DNA of 58,036 nt from an uncultured Methanosarcinales archaeon (GCA_964419615.1 CAYQPU010000005.1:1-58036); one strand, 5' to 3'. Counted from the stretch's first letter, positions 47,430 to 57,093 are shown. A program made the numbers and translations. The notes: generated from the sequence alone by a model not told the origin.

Positions 47430-48129
47430 CTATTACTATTTGATAACTTTTAATTGCCCTTCTAAAAGTACTATACGGTGGAATTCCATTTATAATTTCG
47501 TAATCATTCTCACCAAATCCAATGTAAAATCTTGGTTCTATTCCTCTCATTCCAAACAACTCAACATCAAGCATGTCTTCTCTTATCTCATCAAAAGATT
47601 GATTCTCAATGCATTCTTCCAATTTTTCATTTGAGACGTTGATTTTTTCAAGTGAATCTTCAATTTCATTATTTTGAAGGTCAAAGTAAAACTCATAATA
47701 AATAGACGGTTTTACTTTTTTTACACAGGCAATTGTCTGTGCATATTTAAATCTTTCACCATTCTCCTGAATATCTTTAACACTAATGTGTTGTTTTATT
47801 ACAAATTTGACTTTTCCTGTATCAATAAATTCAGACTTTACGCTAGGAAAGATATTATTAATAAAATATTCAGTGGATTGTGATTTAGATCCAAGAACAG
47901 CAATAATAATAATTGGAGCATTTTCATCACCATAGACTAAATCATAAAAAGGTTGTTGCTGCACATATTTATTAATTAAAAAGTCAATTTCTCTTTTGTT
48001 AATTTCATCTATGGTATAGGAAAATCTGGCAAAATCAAGCCATGCATACAAAACAAAAGCTGACAAGAGCATACTAATAATTATTATTAATATGGGAGAC
48101 ACTATCCATTTGTATGCTTGTTTTCTCAT
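47422..48129 (-). CDS. Membrane-anchored DsbA/thioredoxin-fold-like protein lacking CxxC
   Basis: YGDENAPIII..., GKVKFV, G...PRFYIG; no active-site CxxC. Confidence 0.6.
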   Translation of the reverse strand: MRKQAYKWIVSPILIIIISMLLSAFVLYAWLDFARFSYTIDEINKREIDFLINKYVQQQPFYDLVYGDENAPIIIIAVLGSKSQSTEYFINNIFPSVKSEFIDTGKVKFVIKQHISVKDIQENGERFKYAQTIACVKKVKPSIYYEFYFDLQNNEIEDSLEKINVSNEKLEECIENQSFDEIREDMLDVELFGMRGIEPRFYIGFGENDYEIINGIPPYSTFRRAIKSYQIVIGE

Positions 48130-48881
48130 TTCTCTAATTCACTTAATATTTCTATACTTGGTGTAAAACCCTGAAAAACCTTATCATTAACAACAAGTGC
48201 AGGTGTTTGAGTAATGTTAAAAAACTCTTTGATATAAGTTACCATTAAGTCATCAGAATTCAAATCTACTGTAAAAACCAAAACCCCTTTTCCCCCCTCA
48301 AGCAATTTTAATCCATCAAGCTCTTTTCCTTGTTCTATACAATCTATACATTGATTAGTATAAAAATATAGTATAGGGACAAGTTCAGTTTTACACATGT
48401 TATGTTTGTTTCTTACATAAATCCAAGTTCTTATTGAATGCTGAGTGTATTGTCTTTTAAGTTGTAGATATTCCTCACCTAGTTCATTTTGTGCTTCGTA
48501 TTCTTCAATCCTATAAGGAAGCTTATCCCAAAAATATTCTAATTGATTGAGTAATCCAGTTACTGCAATTGAAGAGAAATCACAAATTTCTTCACTAGTC
48601 ATAGTCTCAACAAAGATCTGTTCAAGCTGCATGGTTTTAATATTTAGCTCAAGAAGGTCAATATAATTTCTTAGATCTTCCAGTTCTTCTTGTGTTTCTG
48701 ATTTAAAAAAACCAATATCTCTTTTGGATTCTTCTCTTAAGTTTTCAATATTTTCATTTGTACGCTCCTCAAATATTTTGTTTGCATACAAACCACTAAA
48801 AACTCCTGCAAAATAAAGAATGATGGAAATTATTACAGCTGTTGTAATAATTATTTTTCTTTCAGATCCTTTTCTTTTCAT
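48126..48881 (-). CDS. Membrane-anchored protein with a C-terminal thioredoxin-like domain
   Basis: LYFYTNQCIDC, TPALVVN. Confidence 0.7.
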   Translation of the reverse strand: MKRKGSERKIIITTAVIISIILYFAGVFSGLYANKIFEERTNENIENLREESKRDIGFFKSETQEELEDLRNYIDLLELNIKTMQLEQIFVETMTSEEICDFSSIAVTGLLNQLEYFWDKLPYRIEEYEAQNELGEEYLQLKRQYTQHSIRTWIYVRNKHNMCKTELVPILYFYTNQCIDCIEQGKELDGLKLLEGGKGVLVFTVDLNSDDLMVTYIKEFFNITQTPALVVNDKVFQGFTPSIEILSELEK

Positions 48882-49399
48882 TCTCTTTGTTTTATTGAAT
48901 TCTTTTTGGTTTTACTTTTTATTATATTGGATTCATTGACTTTCATACCATGATACAACATAATCAGTGACCAGATTACGAGCCCAGGAACTAGTTTATG
49001 AGTCCATCCAAAAAGCAGAAGAGGGGTTAAAGAATAAAACAAAATCTTAAGCATTTCAGTATATTTTACTCTTGTAAAAAATTGCTTAATGATCAAGCTT
49101 ACCAAAAACATGATAAATGTTCCAAAGAATAAAGCAAAAAAGAATATTGAACTTGCTTTTCCAAAAAGGTAGTTAATCATTCTGATGTATTGAACATCAG
49201 CATGTAAGAAAATATCAAGATACAATGCCCTAAACACATTGATTAATAGGTTGAATATTCCCGCAATAACCCCAATAGTAATTAACATATGAAGATACTC
49301 ACCTAGGACTTTTTCAAAAGAAATCTTGTTCAATTTTTTAAATTCTGAAATAGGATCTGTAACAATGTTCCATGCTTTTTTTAATGATTTTGCAAACAT
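48878..49399 (-). CDS. Yip1-like membrane protein
   Basis: N-terminal amphipathic ..P...F, YSLTPLLLFGW, four to five TM helices. Confidence 0.55.
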   Translation of the reverse strand: MFAKSLKKAWNIVTDPISEFKKLNKISFEKVLGEYLHMLITIGVIAGIFNLLINVFRALYLDIFLHADVQYIRMINYLFGKASSIFFFALFFGTFIMFLVSLIIKQFFTRVKYTEMLKILFYSLTPLLLFGWTHKLVPGLVIWSLIMLYHGMKVNESNIIKSKTKKNSIKQRE

Positions 49400-49524
49400 T
49401 TTGTATTCCTCCTAATTAATTTAAGAGGTATTAATTTGACTTTTAAATTTTTCGGGTTTGTAATACTTCTTTAGGTATATTTTAAATTTGCCGTAAGAAT
49501 TCTGGATTTACTGAAATGACAAGA

Positions 49525-50892
49525 TTATACAAGAAGAGATATGTTCAAAGGTATAAATTCCCAGATTTCCACTGTAGGTAAATCAACTATTTTTTTAAAA
49601 GTCTGATTGTTTCTAAACAAGAAGAGAAGCCCTTGATCTTCTTTTTGCCAAATTGAACCGTTTTTCATCCTATCATCAACAAAAATATAGGTTATATTAC
49701 TTTCATTTAAAAGCAAAGTTGTTTTATAATAATCTCTTGATTCGTAAATTTGGTTTGAGATATTCTGATCTCTGAAAACGGGCATTTGTGAATAATATTC
49801 TATAAAAGGATAATTGAAAGAATCAGATAGAGTAATGGCCCTTTTGTGTACTTTAAGAGTTTCTAATGAATCTATAACATCCTGGTTTGGATATGCTCCC
49901 GATACCCTATTAATGTAGGAAAATGATGAAAAAACTAATCCACATATTATCAATACTAATGTAAGCTCTTTTAGTATTTTAATTTGCCACTTATCTTTTA
50001 AGAATTTTGTTAGACCTATCCCGGCAAAAAATGCAAATGCTAAATTAATAAAAATATTGAGGTTAATCTTAAATGTTAGTGAAAAAATAATTAGTGATAG
50101 CAATAAAATTTGTAATATTCCAAACTTATCCTTTTGGTTCCAAACAGAAAACATGCCTAAAGCAATTAATAATATATTAAATACTCCAAATCCATCTATT
50201 GCACCTAAATCTGTTATTGTTTCACTAAGTACATCATCAAACAACATAATTGGTTCTTGGTCTGTATATAAATAAGAAGCTAGACCTACAAAAATAATCA
50301 TGGCAAGAATCAGAGCATAACTTCTCTTATCTTTAAATTGACATATTAAGTAAATCAATACAAGCGAACTAATAAGAGCAATTGGCCAACCTTGAAGACT
50401 CAACAAGGTAAAGACAACTCCTGCTGCAATTTTACTCAATTTATTACCTTGTATAAGATGAATCCCCAATAAGATAAACATTGCAAGTAAACTGTCTGCT
50501 GAAGAATAAACAAATAAAAAAACCATTGCTGGAGAACTAACCAGTATAAGTGTCATAATCCAAGCTTTGTATATATTTGTTGATTTGGCACATAATGAGA
50601 AAAAAAGTACAATAGACACCACACAACATATTAGTGGGACAATTACTGAGCTGATTTGGAAACCTACAAATGTTCCAAATATCTGAATCACAAATAAATA
50701 AATTTGGTTAATTTGTAAACTTGAGCTCTGTGCCAACAGTATGTTCTGATATACTGCACTCCCAACTAACACTGGTTGTTTTTGAATTAATCTTATCACT
50801 AAAGGAATAATTAATGTCAGTAGTGCTATTCCTATTAAAAGAGGATAATTTTTCTTGCTTAAGATTTTATTAAGTTTCATTTGCTTCCTCAA
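49525..50892 (-). CDS. Polytopic membrane protein, GT-C (PMT/AglB-like) fold
   Basis: About 12 TM helices plus C-terminal soluble domain (LNESNITYIFV). Confidence 0.65.
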   Translation of the reverse strand: MRKQMKLNKILSKKNYPLLIGIALLTLIIPLVIRLIQKQPVLVGSAVYQNILLAQSSSLQINQIYLFVIQIFGTFVGFQISSVIVPLICCVVSIVLFFSLCAKSTNIYKAWIMTLILVSSPAMVFLFVYSSADSLLAMFILLGIHLIQGNKLSKIAAGVVFTLLSLQGWPIALISSLVLIYLICQFKDKRSYALILAMIIFVGLASYLYTDQEPIMLFDDVLSETITDLGAIDGFGVFNILLIALGMFSVWNQKDKFGILQILLLSLIIFSLTFKINLNIFINLAFAFFAGIGLTKFLKDKWQIKILKELTLVLIICGLVFSSFSYINRVSGAYPNQDVIDSLETLKVHKRAITLSDSFNYPFIEYYSQMPVFRDQNISNQIYESRDYYKTTLLLNESNITYIFVDDRMKNGSIWQKEDQGLLFLFRNNQTFKKIVDLPTVEIWEFIPLNISLLV

Positions 50893-52366
50893 TTATGCAA
50901 TCAACACTAAATATTTGAACTGAATTGTCGTATACAAGTGTGAAACACCTTTCTTCAATATATTGAAGTTTTTCAATTCCATAAAGTATTTTGGCATTAT
51001 TTGACAAAATAATGTAATCAACATTATACTTGTTAAGTAACCTGAGTGCTTCTGTTTCAAAAATTGCTGAATATATTTTCTGTGTGTCTACATAGATTTG
51101 ATCTACATTTGTTTGTAATAGAAAATTTTCATCAATAACATTTTTCCGTTTAGAAATTGAGGTTATATAATGTCCTTCCTGAGGTGTTGAAAGTATAACT
51201 GAATCTTCAGTTGTATTATTTTGAATCCAAGTGTAAGCTTGGAACTCATCACCTGTTAAAGAATTTGAGATGCTTTCTGAAGCATAATAAATTGACGGAA
51301 TAAATGAAGTTATTAAAAATACCCCAAAAAAGACAGCGAAGAATTTCTTTTTATGTTTAGTAAATCTAGTTTTGTTAAAATAGGATATTATTCTTTCAAT
51401 TGCTTTGGCTGAAAGAATTGTTAAAATAATGCTAAAGAAAATTAAGCCAATTTCCAATTTAACAAGTCTTAGCCATATGAGCAAGAATATAGTAATGGCA
51501 AATGAGATTATTAAGTATATATCTCTGTTTTTCTCCTTAAAGATATAATTGTAGATTACAAATATTCCTGCACCAAATGGTATAATACCAACAGCATATA
51601 TTGCTTCTAGTAAGTTGAATTCTAAAAAGTATTTTCCAATTAAAGGAGTTGGGATATTTTGATACACCAAATTGGAGCCATAAACTAAAAATGCATTTTT
51701 AAAAATTATAAAACTTAACCAAATAACAAAGAAACATGAGAATATGACCAACTCCAGTTCAACTCTACGGTATTTTAATCCTTCTAACCACACAAAAAAT
51801 AAGTAAACAAACAAAGATAATAATAGGATTACAACTAACTGATGACTCATTGCTAGTGTTAGTAAAAGAACTAAAAACAAGACTATGTACTTTTTATTGT
51901 CAGTAATTTTCATGAAGGTATATAATAAACCAAAGGTTAATGGAACTACCAGAGAATAAACAGACAGGATATTAAAATTCTTAAAAAGGATAGGTATAAA
52001 TCCGGATAGCATTGCCACCATAATACTGATGTTTTCGCTTTTTGTTATTTTCTTGGATATTAGATATATAATGAAAATGGTGCTACATAGCATAATGTTT
52101 GGTATTAACTTAGCGACTAATAAAATGGGCAAAAAAAATGTGAAAAATGCCAACAAGTAATGAAAAAATGGCAAGAAAATGTAAAAACGGCCAGAATAAC
52201 TTAGATTATCATCAAAAATTGGAAGCCCGGTTGATTTTATATGTTGAATTTGCCTAAGATTAAAGTAAGAAGTGCTATCTCCAAAATACGGAGTTTGAAA
52301 AGTAAAGTATAATCTAATAATTAAAGCTAAGACAAAAATTACCCAAATCCAGGTTTGCTTTTTCAT
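50870..52366 (-). CDS. Polytopic membrane protein, GT-C (PMT/AglB-like) fold
   Basis: DSTSYFNLR, YLPFFH-like loop, SHQ, C-terminal WIQNNT.EDSVILS...LNKYNVDYII. Confidence 0.75.
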   Translation of the reverse strand: MKKQTWIWVIFVLALIIRLYFTFQTPYFGDSTSYFNLRQIQHIKSTGLPIFDDNLSYSGRFYIFLPFFHYLLAFFTFFLPILLVAKLIPNIMLCSTIFIIYLISKKITKSENISIMVAMLSGFIPILFKNFNILSVYSLVVPLTFGLLYTFMKITDNKKYIVLFLVLLLTLAMSHQLVVILLLSLFVYLFFVWLEGLKYRRVELELVIFSCFFVIWLSFIIFKNAFLVYGSNLVYQNIPTPLIGKYFLEFNLLEAIYAVGIIPFGAGIFVIYNYIFKEKNRDIYLIISFAITIFLLIWLRLVKLEIGLIFFSIILTILSAKAIERIISYFNKTRFTKHKKKFFAVFFGVFLITSFIPSIYYASESISNSLTGDEFQAYTWIQNNTTEDSVILSTPQEGHYITSISKRKNVIDENFLLQTNVDQIYVDTQKIYSAIFETEALRLLNKYNVDYIILSNNAKILYGIEKLQYIEERCFTLVYDNSVQIFSVDCIIEEANET

Positions 52367-52498
52367 CTCTTCATAATGTTAACTTAAGCTATTTATAAGT
52401 CTTCCCAAGTTTAAATGATGATCGATTTTATTAACCGAAATCTTTATTAGTCAGGTATATTATTCAATTAACTAATCGCTAGTATTGAGGAGGGGAAA

Positions 52499-53530
52499 AT
52501 GGCTTTAAAAAAAAATAAGAAAGTAGCTATAAGAAAAAAATCTATAAGAAAAAAAGGTAAGAAAGAAGTAACTAAAGATGTTGATTTAATTGTAGTTCCA
52601 TTATCCAAATTGGTTACATGGGTGGTAATATTTGCTGTAATTGTACTTGCATTTGTAGGACTTAGGTATTCACAAACCCAAAGTCAACCTGTTGAGATTC
52701 CTGATGGTGCCGCAGTAGTTGTAAACGGTCAAGTTATTTTGTGGGAAGAAATCAACGCAAGATACGATTCACTTGCAGATGAAACCAAAGAAAGTATAAC
52801 AAAGGAAGTTGTTTTAAACCAAACAGTTGAAGCAATTGTTGTATCTCAAGAAGTTGAAAAACAAAAGATACCTGTTAATGATGAGGATTTAAACATTATT
52901 GTTAACAGAGTAAGATCCCAATATAGTGAAGAAGGATTTGATCTAAGACTTCAGCAGCAAAGATTAACATTTGATCAGTTCAAAGAGCAATTAGCACAGA
53001 ATTTGGTGACTAATGAACTTTTTGCACAAAATGTTGAAGAGTTAAGAATTTCTGAAGAGGAAGTTGTACAATTCTATGAGAACAACAAGGAACAATTGAA
53101 ATCGCCAGAGATGGTAAGAGCTTCGCACATTTTGCTAGAATCTAGTGTAAAAGCAGACCAAGTGCTTTCTTTAGTTAAAGGTGGTGCTGATTTTGCAGAA
53201 ATGGCAAAAGAACATTCAACTGGACCATCAGCTCAAGTTGGAGGAGATTTAGACTTTTTCAGTAGAGGTATGTTATTACCTGAATTTGAAGGAGCTGCTT
53301 TTAACTTAAGTGTAGGACAGATTTCGCAAGTTGTCCAAACTGATGCTGGTTACCATATCATTAAAGTGACTGATAAAAGAGCTGAAAAGGATGTGACTTT
53401 TGAAGAAGTTAAACCTGTAATAAAACTGAACATCTTTGATGGAAAACTAAGATCTAATCAAGGTAAGGTTGGAGATTACATAGAAGGCTTGATAAGCAAA
53501 TCAGATATTCAATACTTTGAAGAAGAATAA
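52499..53530 (+). CDS. Parvulin-type peptidyl-prolyl isomerase (PrsA/SurA-like), membrane-anchored
   Basis: ASHIL, FAEMAKEHS.GPS...GGDL, GYHIIKV; basic N-terminus plus TM. Confidence 0.9.
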   Translation: MALKKNKKVAIRKKSIRKKGKKEVTKDVDLIVVPLSKLVTWVVIFAVIVLAFVGLRYSQTQSQPVEIPDGAAVVVNGQVILWEEINARYDSLADETKESITKEVVLNQTVEAIVVSQEVEKQKIPVNDEDLNIIVNRVRSQYSEEGFDLRLQQQRLTFDQFKEQLAQNLVTNELFAQNVEELRISEEEVVQFYENNKEQLKSPEMVRASHILLESSVKADQVLSLVKGGADFAEMAKEHSTGPSAQVGGDLDFFSRGMLLPEFEGAAFNLSVGQISQVVQTDAGYHIIKVTDKRAEKDVTFEEVKPVIKLNIFDGKLRSNQGKVGDYIEGLISKSDIQYFEEE

Positions 53531-53594
53531 ATTCTTTTTCTTTTTTTTTAATTTATTAGTTTTGTAAATCTAATTCTAAATAAAAGAAAAAAAA

Positions 53595-54839
53595 TTAAAG
53601 ATTATCATTAGTGAGAATCTTTACTTTTGTTGCACCTTTAAACTTTGAGTCCATAGCAATTAAGAAATTTATCTTTGCTTTTTCTGCGATCTTAACTAAT
53701 TCACTTTCGATCACACCATCAAAGATGATTGCATACATTCCAGTTTTTAGACTCATGATTGTGGTTTGTAGTTCTGTCATTGGAACTTTTCCTAAAATTT
53801 CAAGCTTCTCATTAAGTATGTAAGCCCCTCTTGTTCCAATTAAATCATCAAGCATTGACTTGAATTTAGTCTTTTGTTCAGACGTAAGCCGAACAGGTGT
53901 TGATTTTCTAGTGACTGGTGCTGCTCTTGATGATGAAGTTGTAGATATTACTGGTTTTGTTGTAGTTCTTACTGATTTTGTTGTAGTTCTTGTTGAAGGT
54001 TTACGACTACTCATTTCAAGTTTTGCCTGTTCCATTGCGATCCTTGCTCTTAATGCTTTATGTAGCTCTTTCTTTGTCATCTCTTCAACTTCTTTACCAT
54101 CTGGTGCTTTTGCCACATAATCTATTTCAGCAAGGCTTTGTAATCCTTTTACAATGAGGTCTCCCCCTCTGTCTCCATCTACAAATACTGTGGTTGTCTT
54201 CTCATTACATAATTTAACAATAGTATCTGGAACTGAAGTACCGTTTACTGCAATTGAATTTTTTATTCCATGCTTAAGAAGATTTAGTACATCTGCTCTT
54301 CCTTCAACAACAATAATCTCATCTGAGTCATCAATGTTGGGACCTGCAGGTAATCTATCTTTCCCATACTCTCTTACTTCCATTATCCTTACAGAATATG
54401 CAACTTCATCTGTAATCTCTTGAGAATCAGGAAGTACTCCATCCATCATAATTTTTAAAAGCTCTTTTGCTCTACTAACCACAAAATTTCTTTTAGAAAC
54501 TCTGACATCTTCAATTTTAATTACTTTGATTTTAGAATTGCATGGACCAATTCTTTGGATAATTTCCATTGCAGCTCCAATTATCGCTGTTTCTGCTTTA
54601 TCCAAACTTGAAGGTATTAGTATTGCACCTGATGTTTTTCCTGATCTGGTATCACACTTAACTTCAATTCTACCTATTCTTCCACTTCTTTGCAATTCTC
54701 TTAGTTCTAGTTCAGAACCAAGTAGACCTTCTGTTTGTCCAAATATGGCCCCAATAACATCTGGTCTGTCTACTATTCCTTCAATTTCAATCGATGCATG
54801 AACTATGTATTTAGCTGAAACTGGACTAATCTTTCCCAT
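53595..54839 (-). CDS. dnaG: Archaeal DnaG-type primase
   Basis: DVIGAIFGQTEGLLG, GRIGRI, VEGRADV, TOPRIM DGDRGG. Confidence 0.95.
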   Translation of the reverse strand: MGKISPVSAKYIVHASIEIEGIVDRPDVIGAIFGQTEGLLGSELELRELQRSGRIGRIEVKCDTRSGKTSGAILIPSSLDKAETAIIGAAMEIIQRIGPCNSKIKVIKIEDVRVSKRNFVVSRAKELLKIMMDGVLPDSQEITDEVAYSVRIMEVREYGKDRLPAGPNIDDSDEIIVVEGRADVLNLLKHGIKNSIAVNGTSVPDTIVKLCNEKTTTVFVDGDRGGDLIVKGLQSLAEIDYVAKAPDGKEVEEMTKKELHKALRARIAMEQAKLEMSSRKPSTRTTTKSVRTTTKPVISTTSSSRAAPVTRKSTPVRLTSEQKTKFKSMLDDLIGTRGAYILNEKLEILGKVPMTELQTTIMSLKTGMYAIIFDGVIESELVKIAEKAKINFLIAMDSKFKGATKVKILTNDNL

Positions 54840-54856
54840 TTTATCTCGCCCCCGGT

Positions 54857-54916
54857 TTACAAGAAGAAGTACACTCTATGTCGCTTTTCAAAAACAATTA
54901 ATGAATTGACAATCAT
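54857..54916 (-). CDS. Possible upstream small ORF MIVNSLIVFEKRHRVYFFL* (19 aa)
   Basis: Preceded by SD-like GAGGGAG; stop 17 nt before the dnaG start. Confidence 0.35.
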   Translation of the reverse strand: MIVNSLIVFEKRHRVYFFL

Positions 54917-55050
54917 GAAATACTCCCTCTGATTTTCTTATTAGAACAAGCAATAGCCTAACTTGCTTATATTGTATCCATCATTTTGTAAATAAATGAA
55001 TAATGACTGAACGTAATGTGCCTGTTCTTTTGAATGATTTATAATTTTAA

Positions 55051-55128
55051 TGTAGCCCGAAACACTAACTCCCAAATTCATGGCTTGGCTTCGCCGTGAG
55101 CTCCTCTGAGTACTCTCGTGACGGGCCT
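55051..55128 (-). ncRNA. Candidate small structured RNA, H/ACA-guide-like
   Basis: GC-rich island closed by GGCCCG/CGGGCT, then ACA; starts 22 nt after TTTATATA. Confidence 0.45.
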
Positions 55129-55175
55129 ATCTATATGATAATGAATAGATATATAAAAAAGTTGTGTTTTAGCAC

Positions 55176-55985
55176 ATGAAAGGTGGTTTTATGGTCAAAG
55201 TGGGACTTGCTTTAAGCAGTGGTGGTGCAAGAGGATTTTCACATATTGGAATTATAAAAATTTTGGAAAAAAACAATATACCAATTGACTATATTGCTGG
55301 AACTAGCATGGGAGCTTTAGTAGGCGCTCACTACTCACTATATAAAGATGTGAAGATCTTAGAAGAATTTGCTTTATCCTTTAAAAGAAAAGATTTTCTT
55401 AAATATTTGGATATAAATGATCCTAGAATATCCCTTATTAAAGGGGAAAAAGCTAAAGAATTGCTTAAAAGAACGTTTGGGGATGCAACCTTTAAAAATA
55501 CTAAAATACCAGTTAGAATAGGAGCAACTGCATTAGAAGATGGTTCAAGGATTATTTTGAAGTCTGGAAAGCTCTGGAGAGCAGTTTTAGCATCTGGATC
55601 TGTCCCAGGTTTATTGCCTCCAGTTTACTATAAAGGTAAACATCTGGTTGATGGTGGCCTTGCAGATGCAACTCCTGTTGATATAGTTAGCGGTATGGGT
55701 GCAGATGTAATTATTGCTATTGATCTTTATAAAATTGAAAAAGTGAAACTAAAGAAAAATTGTAGTTCTAGACAAGTAATCAGAAGAACACAAGACATTG
55801 TAATGTCAAAACTTGCATATTACAGTGCACAAGAATATGGTAAGAATATTATTGTAATCAAGCCGAAGCTTGGGGACAAGGTAGATTTTGCGGCATTTTA
55901 TAAAGCACAAGAAAAAATAAAAGGTGGGGAATTAGCAGCCAAAAAAGCAATGAAAGAGATAAAGAGAAAAATCAATTCTGACTAA
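55176..55985 (+). CDS. Patatin-like phospholipase
   Basis: LSSGGARG, GTSMG, DGG; real start may be 55191. Confidence 0.9.
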   Translation: MKGGFMVKVGLALSSGGARGFSHIGIIKILEKNNIPIDYIAGTSMGALVGAHYSLYKDVKILEEFALSFKRKDFLKYLDINDPRISLIKGEKAKELLKRTFGDATFKNTKIPVRIGATALEDGSRIILKSGKLWRAVLASGSVPGLLPPVYYKGKHLVDGGLADATPVDIVSGMGADVIIAIDLYKIEKVKLKKNCSSRQVIRRTQDIVMSKLAYYSAQEYGKNIIVIKPKLGDKVDFAAFYKAQEKIKGGELAAKKAMKEIKRKINSD

Positions 55986-56395
55986 TTACCACCAACAGTT
56001 AGTAAAATTTATAAATAAGTAATACTTATTATGGTATTATGAAGATGAAAAGTGATTGTCCCTGGCTATCATAGAGATTCGTTCTACTTTTGTTTAGTTT
56101 TAAATCCCTTATTTAAGGACTTTTTATTTGGATGTTGGTGTTAGAAGATTTCATTCAGATTTTAAAAGGTTAATTAAGCTATTTTTCTAATTTAGCGAGA
56201 GCTTTAGCTTTATTTAGCTTATCAGAGACAAAAGATTTAAATAGAAGTTGTGTATTACTATAATTGTTGTCCAAATGACAAAAGAAAAACATACAGCAAG
56301 ATTTTGGCGTTGGAATTAGTTCTTTGTAGCTTAATTTAGATTATTTTGTGTTTAAACAATAAAATTTGTGAATAATCAATGGAGGAGATTAGAAA

Positions 56396-56824
56396 ATGAA
56401 ACATAATAGAGTAATAAAAAATTTGAAAGATGGAATCATCATCACAAGTTTGCTAGCACTATATGGAGGGTTTGTGTTTGGTTTAAGTGAGTTTATTAGA
56501 AATGAGCATTATAAGCGAACAATGAAAACATATCCCCAATTAGGAGCTTTGATTGGAGATGATGAGTTAAAAATATTTCGAGAGTATAAAGATAGAACTG
56601 GACTACTTGGAAAATCAGGTTGTGAATACATATTTATGGAACCTAGAGGAAACAGGAGTGGACTAGAAGATAAGACATTTAGAGCCTGTGAAGATGGAAC
56701 TGTAATTCAAGTAGAACTGTTTGAAGGATCTGTTAACGGAATTAATGGATTTGTGGATGGTGAAGGCAATATGGTGCATGAACTAGTGGAACCTAGAATT
56801 TATTGTGTATTTGGGTGTCCATAA
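56396..56824 (+). CDS. Membrane-anchored hypothetical protein
   Basis: SD GGAGG; N-terminal TM. Confidence 0.65.
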   Translation: MKHNRVIKNLKDGIIITSLLALYGGFVFGLSEFIRNEHYKRTMKTYPQLGALIGDDELKIFREYKDRTGLLGKSGCEYIFMEPRGNRSGLEDKTFRACEDGTVIQVELFEGSVNGINGFVDGEGNMVHELVEPRIYCVFGCP

Positions 56825-56834
56825 AGATTATTCA

Positions 56835-56906
56835 GGGGACATAGCTTAATTGGCAGAGTGGCTGGCTCCAGACCAGCAGGTCCCAGTTCGAGGCTGGGTG
56901 TTCCCA
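56835..56906 (+). tRNA. tRNA-Trp(CCA) copy 1, intronless
   Basis: GGGGACA/TGTTCCC-A acceptor; GCTGG-CTCCAGA-CCAGC anticodon arm; CCCAG-TTCGAGG-CTGGG T-arm. Confidence 0.88.
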
Positions 56907-56908
56907 TA

Positions 56909-57093
56909 GGGGTTGTAGTTTAATTTGGCTAGAGCATTCGGCTCCAAACCGAAAGATCCCGGTTCAAAGCGAACTTTTAATAAAAGTTCGATCAAAACAT
57001 AAGGGGCTTTCAGCCCCTTGACGTGGCCTTAATAAAACAGGATTGCCACGACACGATCGATATTGAAGTTCTGTGAAAGTCCGGGCAACCTCA
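56909..57093 (+). tRNA. tRNA-Trp(CCA) copy 2 with a 111-nt T-loop 59/60 intron (56969-57079)
   Basis: GGGGTTG/CAACCTC-A acceptor; TTCGG-CTCCAAA-CCGAA anticodon arm; BHB TTCA/TGAA. Confidence 0.9.
56969..57079 (+). ncRNA. Structured T-loop intron homologous to 1518-1657
   Basis: Same three hairpins and linkers, with compensatory substitutions. Confidence 0.85.

Noticed and set aside
52415-52450. ATGATGA box-C-like motif and short ORF upstream of the PPIase gene
   Set aside because: No box D partner, no compositional signal.
56039-56074. Short ORF MKMKSDCPWLS* after a TATA box, upstream of the tRNA-Trp region
   Set aside because: Only one Trp, about 320 nt from the next gene, and no leader-like hairpin/CATTG layout; likely chance.
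56140-56300. Recurrent TTTAGC words and a 37-codon minus-strand ORF in the 410-nt intergenic region
   Set aside because: Irregular spacing in low-complexity AT-rich DNA; no SD or structure to support a feature.
57074-57090. GAAAGTCCGGGC resembling the RNase P RNA P4 motif
   Set aside because: Fully explained by the BHB 3' junction and T-stem of tRNA-Trp; no other RNase P elements nearby.
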